Below the pieces are notes generated by a model. That model ran no database searches, was not told the origin of the DNA, and worked only from the letters and a program-made list of their open reading frames with translations. From Phoronis australis (Eukaryota; Animalia; Phoronida): DNA of 62,644 bases. The stretch covers positions 192,444 through 255,087 of the forward strand of contig NMRA01000079.1 in assembly GCA_002633005.1 (NCBI GenBank), in the 5' to 3' direction. A program made the position numbers and the translations under genes. Of this stretch, positions 38,101 to 50,177 are shown piece after piece; within the stretch, counting starts at the first letter, position 1; every line of letters starts with the position of its first letter.

Positions 38101-38689
38101 ATTTCACTCCAGTGTCATTATTCTTTGCAACCTGAATCTTTCCATTACTGCTCAGTGTTAGCAGAAATTCCTTTAACTAGTAACTTAGACATTTAAGATG
38201 GAATACGTTTGCCAAGGAAACTGATTCAAATGGTAAATAGATTTGTCAAACCACCATGCGCAAATCAACAAAACATGAAATTTTTTTAATTAGAATAATT
38301 TTGAGTCTAATCTACGTCACAACTGTAAATGACTATTTTGTGGCGTCAAACCAAACTTCGTCACAAGCATACTTACTTTTCCAATTAGCAAAATCGAAGC
38401 CAATGTTATCTATATCTCATTTGAACAGAAATTGGTTCAATATAACATCAGTAATTCCCCTGATGACCATGGGTTTCAGTGGCTAACACTAACCTGCAGA
38501 CAAGCATGAATGAGTCTGGTCCAGGAAATTTGGAATTATAGTAAGATTTCTCAAGCTTATAAGTAATTTCTAACCCTTGCAAGGAAAAAGATGATAGTGG
38601 TTTTTTAATGGTGTGGTATGTCGCCAAAAAAAAATGTTTCCTGACAAAGGTACGATTTGTTGAATGTTAAGGAAAACAGCAAAGTATTC

Positions 38690-38910
38690 TGTGTTGGCAT
38701 TGAAAATCCATCAAGAAACTCCTAAGACAGAGGCAAAACATAAAAAAATGAATTGCCACTAGGGGGTACACCAGCAACTGGATTCATCTGAAAATTCGCT
38801 CAGGTTGTTCCATCTATAATAGAAACATGTCTGCAAAATTTCATGAACATCCATCAAGGGGTTTTGCAAACACAGCAGCGGACGCCAGATAAACAGACAG
38901 ACCCAAAAAA
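38690..38910 (+). mobile_element. Fragment of the HINE-like family seen at 50.2-51.9 kb
   Basis: aattgccactagggggtac, caaaatttcatgaacatccatcaagggg and a short GACA/GACG microsatellite. Confidence 0.6.
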
Positions 38911-41900
38911 GTGGGCACAAAAAAGAGAAAATGGCATAATAGTCATTCATTAAATGGTCCACAGGATCAGTTTAAATGTCGTAACCCCTGCTGCAAAAAA
39001 TTACCTCGTCAAATATTACCTCAATCAAAGGCAAATGCTTACTGTAGGCCCAAGCCATAGATAAACCATGACTAGCACAAAATAAGCCAACTAATGGCCA
39101 TGCTAAGCCTCTTGGGGCTGGAAGCAAGCAACCATATTTTGCATGGAAAACACCTCCGATATGAAAAGAAATGTCTTCAATGGTAATGAATACGATCCAG
39201 CAAAAAATTGAGTACATTAAAGTTTGAAATAAATTACTTTTAAAAGATGAAATGACGATGTTTCAACCTTATCTAAGCTCTAAATATCATTAATCTTGTA
39301 AGATATTCGCTATCATTCGAGCTGCACTAGTCTGAGTACAAAATGATTTATTGATTGGCCATTAGTAATCCATAAGCTTACGAAACCTTCCCAATATCAG
39401 CCGTCCAATTTTTAGCACGCGACCAAGCAATCGATGACGGCCCACAGATAACAACAATGGGTCATCTGATTCTGTATTGACCCCTTGGTCTATAACACTA
39501 GATTGGATACGTACTGCTTCTTAATTAGGCTGTTAATTAAACTTTTCAATCCACGTCAAATATTCATATTTTTTATCGTATCTTTGTGCTCATAATTCAA
39601 AGCAAGGGCGTAATAAAATGCTTCCCATAAATCAATAAATGAACAAAAAAAACTAAAAAGTCTAAACTACATGAAAGACTGACAGGTAATTCGCAATGAC
39701 AACGCATAAAAGCCAATAAAAAAGTTTATTACCCATGCATCATAACAAACCGTGACTACAGCCCATTCAAAAGACTTAATTACAAGCCAACGTTTGAAGA
39801 CTTGAATCACAAGCTTTGTGAGGAAAATATTTTCGCTTCGCCTCATTGCATGACTATCAAGAGAGTGGGTGTTTTTTAATCTTCCCACTGGACAACTTAA
39901 CGAGAAATAAAATAAATGTTCACAAGTGAGCATGCTCTCTCGCCCTGAACACCTACACAAAATAGTTATACCAACAGCAGTGCCATCCGTCAGCCTATAT
40001 AGACACATGCCGCTAAATCAGAGTAAACTTGCTATTCGCGGCATTCCGACTCAATTACATGGTTAGGCATTCCCAAAGGAGTGATGGCAATCTACAGTAT
40101 CAAGGAGAACCAAGTGATCATGTAAAGCTCTGTACTTGCACACTCGAACATAAAACAGTGGCGACATCTGCAAGAATCCCTCTTTGATTAACATTGGGTG
40201 AGAGAGCGGAGTGAACATTCACTCTTTAATTTTCACCTTAACGCTTACATTTAATCACACCAATTTTGGACACAACTTGGCCGACGAGCTAAATCGAGCA
40301 CGAGATAATTACAACAGCTACCGTCAGATAATGATTCTGAGAAATTTGGGCGTTCATAACGAGGCCTCTGATGTGACGCCTCTGACACACGAAATTATGA
40401 GTTCAATCTCAATAAATAGACTTAGCCTATCTAACATCTTGTACAATCTTGCAAACAGGGATCCTATCAACAACGTCATATTCAGAGGTGTTTTGGCCAA
40501 TGTTGCCTATTTCCACACTGACCCCCGTCCATTTCAATAGGGAGATAAGTCCCGCTCTTGCATTCTGAGAAGGAGTGTTGTGTCATAATATGGGCATAAG
40601 TTACTGATGTCAACTCTTTGCAGATAAAAAACAAAATTTGTGTTTAGTTAGACGAGACAATAGAACATTCCACCACACAACAGCTTAATTTCGACATGCT
40701 CAATGAGTCACCAAAAATTAATTCAAAATGCTCGGAATCCTACTGCTTTAAACATGAGAAAGACATGCGAAACAAAATTCTATCACCATAGCAACACAGG
40801 TTATTTCAACTGGATTCCACAATATAGGAAAATGGCTGTTAGCATGAGTGTACCCATTTCAGACATCTTTCACCCCATTTTGTACGTCCTTAAACATTCT
40901 GAAGGTTTTATGCAAAAACTTATTTTTTGTAATAAAATCTATTTTCCTGCAAGGCTTTTGAATGAACTTATAGGACAGACAATCAAAACCTGAGAATTTT
41001 CGAATCCTTGCCATTCACTTACAATAGCTCACAACACCATGTACCCACGATCAACCCCGCAATTCCTTGTGTAACCACAGCAACTCCACAGGTATTGTTG
41101 TTTGATGGCTAAAGCAATTTTTTGTGGACTTTTTTCTGCAAAATCTTTACAAGCATGTAAAAATTGGGCACAACTGTGTGAGTAATTACGACATTCTGAA
41201 AGAATTTCTACAAAAAAAGAGAATGAAGAATGTTTATTTTTAGTAAGAACATATTTCAGCCTCAAAGCCAATTAACTAAACAAGGGACACTTCCCCATTA
41301 TTCGTTTCCTCAAGGAAGATTTTAGGAGCGCGCCCTCCTTCAATGGTGCATAAAGAAATCACTGAGTCAGACATACTGTGGTTGCTCAACTGGGGCCAAT
41401 TGGCGCATTGAAATTACATCAGCAATTGCATCTTGTTACAGAAATATAGTGTATTGCACTAAAGATTCTGACACACTGCCGATGTACAGCTGATTAAATC
41501 TTATATTTGTGACCAAAGCTAGAATCACCGGTGGCATAACGTGATTGCAAACAAAATCATGCGACAAAGATGCCGCATTAAAAACCAAATTGGAAAAGGA
41601 CAGAAAAAACTAAAACCGCCCAAGGGTGCTCTAAAATGACCCATAGATTTGAGGCCCAGTGGATCAATTGACAAAACCTACGTTTTCTAAAATGACTCAT
41701 GTTCTTATGTCTACTTTCCATAGTTTAAAGATAAAAATCAGTGAACTAAGGTGGCAAATAATGGATAGCACACCACGAGTGTATGAAGTCATGGCGTCCA
41801 GCATCCAACCTGGCTTAAATGGAATGAATATGATTTTAAAATTCTTGCTTCCCCATGCGTGGGTTTAGAGCCAGGAGTTCAGGCAGGCACAGATCTAGAT

Positions 41901-42184
41901 GGGGACCTCCTGCTCTGAGTCACCTTAATACCCAGCCCTAACAGAGGAATTGCACGCACAACCTATGTTCGTCTCTTGCCGCACCCCTCTGGTCAACATT
42001 CAGGATCCACTGCTGTCAGCCCCCCTCCCAGACACGACAAAAAAGTGACGGCATACCACTTTTTTGAATTTGTGACTTGGTCCCTCCAGCTTACACCATC
42101 CTATATCTACCGCACTGTCTTACCGAAACTCTGGTCGATCGTGGGTATCGTGACAACATCCATGGGTACACTAATGCTACATAC

Positions 42185-43084
42185 CTGCTCTGCTGTTACC
42201 AAGTTGTCTTTGCTTGTGCTCTGCACTTGAGTGATTCTGTTCCTCCGCAAGATCTTGTTCTTCACAAACGCCTCAATGTGGTGGTTAAACTTCATGAACG
42301 TCACATAGATGGCGTAGCACAGCAAGAGGATGATGGACTCCCAGTATTGTATGTAGCCGTCGTAGTACGTGCCGATGAGCACGCCGAGAAATATGGAGTA
42401 GAACGAGCAGTCACGAAAGAGCGGCCACCAAGTCAGGACCAGCACCTGCTTGGAGAATATGGCGCACATACCTATTACAAATAGGATGTTAAAAACTGCA
42501 CTGCCAACGATGGTGCCAATTCCAACACTGTTGTCCGTGGCGAGGAACGTAGCGATGAGAGAGGTTGCTAGTTCTGGGGCGCTTCCTCCAGCGGCCATAA
42601 AGGTGGCGCCGGCGACATCCTCGGAGATTTTCAGCTTCTCAATGATCACGTCAAGAGACGGGACGAAGAACTCGTCACAAACAATGGCCAGAGCTACAAA
42701 CATGTAGACCATGCCAACACAGTGAAATAACACTGCCCCCTGGCGAAGTTGTTCTAGCGTGAATGCATCACGTGGGAACTCACCCATGTTTTCCAGAGGG
42801 TTTGACGACACATTAACTGGTGGCCGATAGCAACGATCTTGTGTGACATTCTGTGATGGAGCTGTGGTGACGGCTAAAAGATGACGGAGATTCACCTGAT
42901 GAGATGTCAGTAGCTGCGGGTGGTTAGTGTTGTAGTATTGCACACCGTAGCGCGTTGAGAAGATGGCGGACAGACAGCCGATGAATACCGTGCTGGATAT
43001 GAGTAGCAGGCGCGTCGGTGACATCCGACGGCGTAGCCGCAGTCGTAGACTTAATGACCCCATCCTCCCTGTTTGGTCAGCCAT
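42185..43084 (-). CDS. SLC24A2: SLC24/NCKX exchanger, first coding exon (signal anchor, alpha-1 repeat, TM1-5)
   Basis: ATG at 43084 (MADQTG) follows an in-frame stop at 43124-43126. Contains [52 protein letters not shown] and LTWWPLFRD. Donor CAG|GTATGT, phase 0. Core spliced CDS is 2001 nt, 666 aa. The symbol denotes the closest vertebrate type; one-to-one orthology was not tested. Confidence 0.96.
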
Positions 43085-43172
43085 CGACCATTCTCGAAAA
43101 GAGTCAATTGAAATGTGAGGCACTCATTAAGTCATTATTTCCCATTAATCTGTAACGACAGCGAGGCCAGAC
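43085..43172 (-). promoter_or_regulatory. 5'UTR portion of the first NCKX coding exon, containing four upstream ATGs
   Basis: Acceptor ttttgttttacag| at 43173-43174. Upstream ATGs at 43145, 43135, 43127 and 43091. Confidence 0.65.
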
Positions 43173-43719
43173 CTGTAAAACAAAAGGCGATAAAATGAAA
43201 CTTACAGGGAAAGTTCACGTATTTGTGTAAGCATTCAGGCAAATCTGGTTGAAAAAGACACGACTTGGATTCCGAACTAGTTAATTGTAATCGAAATCTT
43301 GAAACACTCGCTTCTTACGCTCCAGCCTAATGGCTGACAGCCCTCCTTCGTATAGGAATATAAAGCAATAAGATAAACAATATCCCACATCAACGTTTTG
43401 AGGATGATGAATGGGAGTTCGTAACAAACGTGTCATTCTGAACAAGATGTACCAGAGCATCAATAAACAACTTCAGCCCGAACAATCAACATTATGCATC
43501 AGTCTAAAAGGAGCTAGAATGCTATAAAATAATAACAACTCACCGTTGTTACAACAAAATAACAAGAGACTATGCAAAGCGATGAAATGCGGTCATGACT
43601 GTACTGCAGACAGTTATCTTCTAAGCGCATTTATGTAGCATCATGAAGTATATAGAGTGGTAATTTTCATTTTACAAGTCAAAGAATACATTGTTCCCTC
43701 ATCTTCTCAATTGAAATTC

Positions 43720-44290
43720 CTTGGTCAAATTTCATGAACATCCATCAAGGAAATTGGTAGATACTGAGCCAAGAAAAACCTTAATTGCCCACTAGGGGGC
43801 GCCACAGTGCCTGTATTCATCTAAAAATCAACCTCCTGCTTACTGACCTCAATTGGAACACATCAACAAATTTCCTGAAATTGCATCAAGGAACTTGGCA
43901 GATATTGAGGCACAGGAGAAAAAAAATTTGCAAATCTGGGGGTGGCACAACAGTGGGACACGTCTGAAAATCTCCATTTGACCCACAGTTCATAACAAAA
44001 ATGGTCATGGAAATTCCATCTGAAGGTGGGAAAGAATCATCGTCTTCAAGACTAAATGTCATAAAAATCTGTTATGTAACTTGATAGATATTGAGGATAA
44101 CTTGCCACTAGGGGTCATGGCGGTAGTTGAACTCATTTGGAAATTTGCTCCTGACGTCCCATCCATGACGAGAACACGTCTGCAAAATTTCACGAACATC
44201 CATAATGTGGTGTTGGAAGATACGAGGATGACAATATAATGAACCCCACACTCAAATTCACCTGACACACAATAACCTGAGACTAATTGC
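43720..44290 (+). mobile_element. Degenerate copy of the HINE-like core-repeat family
   Basis: Recurring aaatttcatgaacatccatcaagg-type blocks, plus CCACTAGGGGGCGC (43789) and CCACTAGGGGTCAT (44105). Confidence 0.6.
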
Positions 44291-45279
44291 TTACAAGTCC
44301 TTGCCCACCAGACAATACCCATCAATATTGAATTAAGTTCAGTTCAGCTACATTGCTATTCAGTCGCTTGGCACTTGTTCCAAATTCATTACAATCTGAG
44401 CTTACGCGGCCATTGAACGAGATTAAAACAAATGATAAATTCTAGCCAGTTTATCCCACACAGCGATTTATCTTGGATTAAAAGAAAAAGCCAACATACA
44501 TCTACAGTTAATGACTAAGAATTCACCAAGGTCTGCAAATTGCACAGACTTTCAAAGCAAACCAAGTTAGCTGTCAATGCTAAATCATTAACTTTAAGCA
44601 CTTTACTATTTTTAACATTACCATCCTCAAGCATGAACTGACAACTCTACTTTTCACCAAACTGCCATTAAATGGGTCGTGTGACCATGTCTATTTAGTA
44701 AATTTCCAAAGAAAAAAGAAAAGTACATTGATAGCAAAACGATGGAGTCAATAAAATGATCAAATTTCATTAGATATCAATCTTCAAGATGAGATCTCAG
44801 AAACGCTTTAACAGTTTTTAAAAATATCATTTTTATTTTGTTTTGTGTAATTTTTGTTTCGTCTTGGAAATCATTAAAGTCATTTTTGATAATCTTTAGA
44901 GGAATTAGTCATTGGTAAGTCCACCAGGGGGACATCATCACCAGGGACAAGTATCATCTTCTTATGGGCGAGCATCCATGGCAGATTTTCGTCGTGATGT
45001 CGAAAAGTAAAGATTAGAGGAATTTAAATTCTACGCTTGGCAGATGTAAAAATATATGTTCCTCACTTGCCGAGAGTTTGGTCAAGCTTTAGTGAAATAG
45101 TGGAACATTTTAAAAGCAATTCTTAACTCTTACAAGTGTTTCGAGCACACAGCATGAAGCATAGTACCCGAAAGTTTCACCTCAATCCTATCGGCCATTT
45201 CTAAGATCAGATATTCTGAAGTAAGTCAAATTTGGACATTTTTCTATGGCTCTTCAAACACTTAAAACGGATACAGAAA

Positions 45280-45766
45280 CAGGCCTTCATGCAGTGTAGG
45301 TCCTGGGCGTCCAAATGGATGCCCTAGCACTAATCTGAGCTCCCTGGCAAGGAAGCCCAATGTATCATTTGGAAGCCCACTGTCAATAGGAACCTTTCAA
45401 GTTTGGACTCGCACAATGTAATGAATACTAGGAAGCCTCTGAAGGCTCACAGTGGGGGCTCTTTTTTCACAGCAGGAAGAAATATACAATGTATATACAA
45501 AGTATATGCATTGTTGATATTTTGACACTTGGTTGACAGCATTGTAAGTCTTGGTCTACACAGTTTTTTTTAGTAAAAAAGCTCGCCATAGAAGGCTGTT
45601 TTATAAACTTAGATGTAAAAACCTTGATCTATGGATTTTTTTGTAAAAAAATCTGTGTGTTTGGGGGTATTGATGGGGGTGGGGGGTTACGCGTCGGAAT
45701 CATGGACGCCCTGGAATATTGGGAACCCCATTTTGGACACCCTATTTTCAAAATCCTAAAGGCCTG
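45280..45766. mobile_element. Non-autonomous hAT transposon
   Basis: Termini CAGGCCTT and AAGGCCTG with a perfect 8-bp TSD TACAGAAA (45272-45279, 45767-45774). Confidence 0.85.
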
Positions 45767-47777
45767 TACAGAAACTGCCATTATTGGTCTCCATGCACTA
45801 AACATCACAAGAAAAACAAACTTACAAGTTAACTTTTTTATAATGTTACATTAGGTTCAAATGAATGAAACATTCAATCCTCAACTAACCTCGATGAAAA
45901 TGAAAAACTTCTTACAAAACAAGACATCTTAAGCGTTTACCTACCTTAGTTTCATTTTACCATTTACAAGTTAACGTTTCCTTCGAACCACCTCATGATA
46001 TAATTTAGGTGACTAAGTGCTTATTCCTGAACACATAAGATAAAGTGTTTCACAATACCTCCAACGCCAGCAATTATTAATTTGTAAGTCACGAATATGA
46101 ACAAGACACAGCAAAATTCACAATCAATATTTCACTAACATATTAAACAAACTTGCAATCGAGAAACACTTACAGAACAGTATTTGACTTTTGTTCAATC
46201 CAGTAAAGTTATGGGAAACAATACAATTCTTACCAAAAATAAATGTTCAGAAAAAAAAACACTTGGAGTGCTGTCAGCTATAATTATGTTGTCATTCTAT
46301 GCAAACATTGTTTAATGCAATGTGGTCAGTCTTTGAAAGTGGGCATCTGACAATTTTGATAATAAGTTAGATATGGATCCTGGAAAACCTACAACAGTAA
46401 CAATGTCCTACGATGATGATAGTTACAATATTCTATTGATCAAGAAAGTTACAATACCCAACCAGAATTTCCAATCAACAGTAAGAATGAGTTGAAAAAT
46501 ATAAGGCCTCAAGTAGAAGCAAACCAAGACACTCACCAGTAACAAACCACAGCTGAATGAAGGCAGTCAATAATAAAGACACCTTGCAAAGAATGCGCGA
46601 TTTCTCGAGACAGCCGTTACAGAGTATTGATCCTAAATTGATAGCAGATCCATAGATATGCAGCGCTCACGCATTCTAACCTAGCATCGGAAGGGCACAT
46701 TATAGGATAGTACTAGAACATGACATGTACCAACAGGCATATTACAACAACATAACAGGTAAGTTCTACATTAGGCTTAATAGAGGTTTTAGATACCTCC
46801 ACTAAAGAACCATTTCAAATCACCTTCAGCTAGTGTGGCATATTCTCACTCGAACATGTGAAAAGGTGATCCTCAAACAGATAGTCTGCCACTCAAATTT
46901 AAGTGAGCTGGGTACGTTTTGGGCGCTAAATTTTCGTGAGAGAGGCAAACATAAACACACCCACTTTTAAGGAAGTCTCTCTCATATAACGATGGGATGG
47001 GTATTTGGCTGAGCGTGGGTGTCTAAAAGTACAAAATTTGAAGATTTAGAGGGTGGGCACTGAGCCAAAGATGAGTGTTAACTCAGATGAGTATGGTAAA
47101 TGAGACAAATGAAGACCGGTGCTAAAATACATTACAATGTCCAAATAATGACCACAACCATCCTAACTCAGCAGTTAACATGGTATTAATGCCGATGGGT
47201 TAAAATACAAGCTAACAACATAGAGTTCCTTTTTATCAAAATGATTAAATGATATGCAAAAATGTTGCCGGTGTTATGAAAATGCTTTTTAAGGAGAAAT
47301 GGACATCGATTAAATCAAGAGTTAGAAATTTCTTTTTTTCTCCGATACTTTTGAGTTTCTCAACTTGAAAGAACCATCAAAGTAATTAATGCAAAGACAG
47401 AAAATTCAAACACCCATCAGAGTAATGTAGAGAGTAAAGAAGAGAAAAGACGATTTAAAACATTAAAAAGGTTTTATTTTAACGAGATACAACTAAGATA
47501 TCAGTACCAAGGGACATCACTTGTCCTATTGGTGCGAACCATTGCATAAATACAAGTGGGTGTGACAGGTCCTTAACAAATGCCACTTTCCCAACAATGT
47601 CATGACTCCTCCAGCCCATTGAAAAGTGTTCATACTGCCATCTCAGCACCACACAAAATAGGTAGTTGCCAAACCTCCTGCAGTGTGAAAGGTTAAGCGA
47701 ACACTGACATGTAATGTTTCTTGTAGTAAAAATGGAGAACACCTCTAGTTATTTGAGGGGTAAGTCTCTTTGTATTA

Positions 47778-49189
47778 CCGTATTTGCCGTAATAACCGCC
47801 CAGGGCGCTTAGAAAAGCTCGGTTCAGGGGGGGCGCTTATTATAACCCATGGCGGTTGAAACCCGGTCTCCGAAACGGGTGAAATCGGAAGCTAAGATTC
47901 ATCAAATTTACGCTCTGTGACGTATATGTAATCTTAGAAAGACTTTCAACAAAACTGTGGTGCATTGGTATCAAACCTTACTGCTAAATTACGATCATTT
48001 TACAGAAAATTGTGCTGAAATCCCAGGGCGAAAACTCGCCGACTGACTGCCTCGAAATCGCCGTCTTCGATATGGCGACTTCAATGCTTGAATAAAAATG
48101 GTTTCGACCCAAACAAATTACCTGAAATCCTCATTAAGTTTTATAAGTAGGGTCTCTAAGATTTTTTAAGTTCCCGTGGAGTCTGGATTAACGGCAGGTT
48201 TAAGTACAAATCTGTGCAACATTGTGCCATCTACATGTATGATCGGCAACATTGGCGAGAAAAATGTCTGGACGAACACACATGTTGTTGTCACGTGACG
48301 TTTGTTTTGAAGTTCGTCTGCGAGTAAGCGAGCGCGTGCGTGTCACCAGAGTTCATTTGCCAAAGCAGAGACCGTCTTTTGGCCAGAGCCACGCAATCTA
48401 ACTAGCTAAATGTGTCTAAAGAAATTTGCACAAGCAGTAGGCCTGAACTAGAGCGTGTTTCATTCAGCACTTGCCGGTCTCGTGCTAAAAACTTTCGACA
48501 TTTGTCTCGGTAAAGCCCATGTTAGTCGCCGTGTAGCTGGATGTGTAGGTAACTATCTGACAGTTATTTTTCGGTGTAAGGGTGTGTAAGCATTCACTGT
48601 CAGTTGTCATTTTATCGGATATTCGGCTTAAAAACATCAATTATGGTTAATCAAACAATCCATCTCAAAAATAACGCAAACATGTTTTATAGTATTAGAA
48701 ATTGTCGAAAATTAGTGCCAATATTCATTTCTTATCGATGCTATGCTACCCGTTTAATGGATAATTCCTGACTAATGTCTTTAATGACAGGTTCATGTAT
48801 GTAGCGCGCGCTTCCTGGCCATGTGCGTTTAGCACCGAGTTATTTTTATTCATGAAACAGTCGATGTGTCTACTGAAAGGTCAGACCATAGTGGGACACG
48901 GTCGTCGCGAGAGCGTAACAACGCTGTTGCGTTCTTTTTGAAGCGCTGCGTTACTTTGAAGTGTATAGTCACCGTTAAATACCAAAGTAGCAGTGCCGCT
49001 GGTGGTCTAGAACACCCGTGGAAAAATTTTTTGATAAATAGAAGACGTTACTGTAGCCGAGTTTTAGGACTGTAGGTATGTCATTGTTCGCATGCACATG
49101 TTCATGGACTGGGCGCTTATTTCAACAAAGTCTGAAAACGCGTGGGGGGGCGCTTATAGGGGCATGGGCGGTTATTACGGCGAATACGG
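47778..49189. mobile_element. Non-autonomous Tc1/mariner-superfamily (pogo-like) transposon, 1.4 kb
   Basis: 25-bp TIR CCGTATTYGCCGTAATAACCGCCCA with one mismatch and TA on both flanks. Subterminal GGGCGCTTA motifs. No transposase ORF seen. Confidence 0.88.
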
Positions 49190-50177
49190 TAATTGTTGTC
49201 AATCCTGCAGTGTGTTAACTCATGCAACAAACAAAAGAAAGTGACATGATATGCAGAGCAAAAGGACTTCATATTGGCTCTGTATTCACATGACTTACAA
49301 AAGCTTTCCTTCTCAATATTCTTACTCCACAAGGAATAATTACTGAAGGTAGCCAAATGCAACGTAGGTAAGGTATTGAAATGAGAGATGAAATCAACTA
49401 CACAGAAGAAAAGGAGTTTGAACTAGTGGTGACTCCCGTGTTGTTTACGAGAGGAGTTACTGAAAAAGGTAAGGGGAGTTGCCACGGAGATAGATCAGAA
49501 CTTCCATGGTGGGAAAGAGGCAGGACGAATCCCACCTATTGTCCATTGACTAGTGTTTTGACAAAAATGACGTGAAAGTTATACAACCATGTCCCATGGG
49601 AGGACAAAAATACTAAAAACTCTGCTTTTCCCTGACTCCCATCCAGTGCATGAAAATCACAAAAATGAGACAGGTTCTAATCTTTTTACTCCAAATTGAA
49701 ATTATTTCTGTCTTCTTATTCTGCTCGTGTGCCAAGTCAAGATAATTATGTCTCTTATACTGTTCTCAAGTACACTATGGCTGGTATGTATGACTAACCC
49801 CAACACTAATACAAATAGTTCCAGTCTGAACTCAAAAAATCAAGTTTTTACTACAGTTTGTATGGTCAACATGTGTAAACTTAGATTAAACAACGGTGAG
49901 AGTAAATAATATTTTATACTCAAGTAGAAACAAGACTGTTATTTTGAGTTCACCCACTTGCGAAAAATTAATAGTTTTTGTTATGCTTCAACTACTACAG
50001 TGATGGCACCAAAAACACCGGGTGCCACAAAAATTTCTGTTCAAACTTTTCAGCTAGATACATGTTTCCGCGGAAACGGGAAATGTAAAATCACAATTTT
50101 TAAAACCCCCAAAACTTTGTACTTGAATAAGTCAACGACAAGTTTTTTGAGTCAATCGATAATATCACGGAACAAGT

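Noticed and set aside
42077-42707. + strand ORFs of 135 and 85 aa
   Set aside because: Antisense shadows of the NCKX coding exon.
43085-43123. ORF-track start at 43123 for NCKX
   Set aside because: That codon is GTG. The first in-frame ATG is at 43084.
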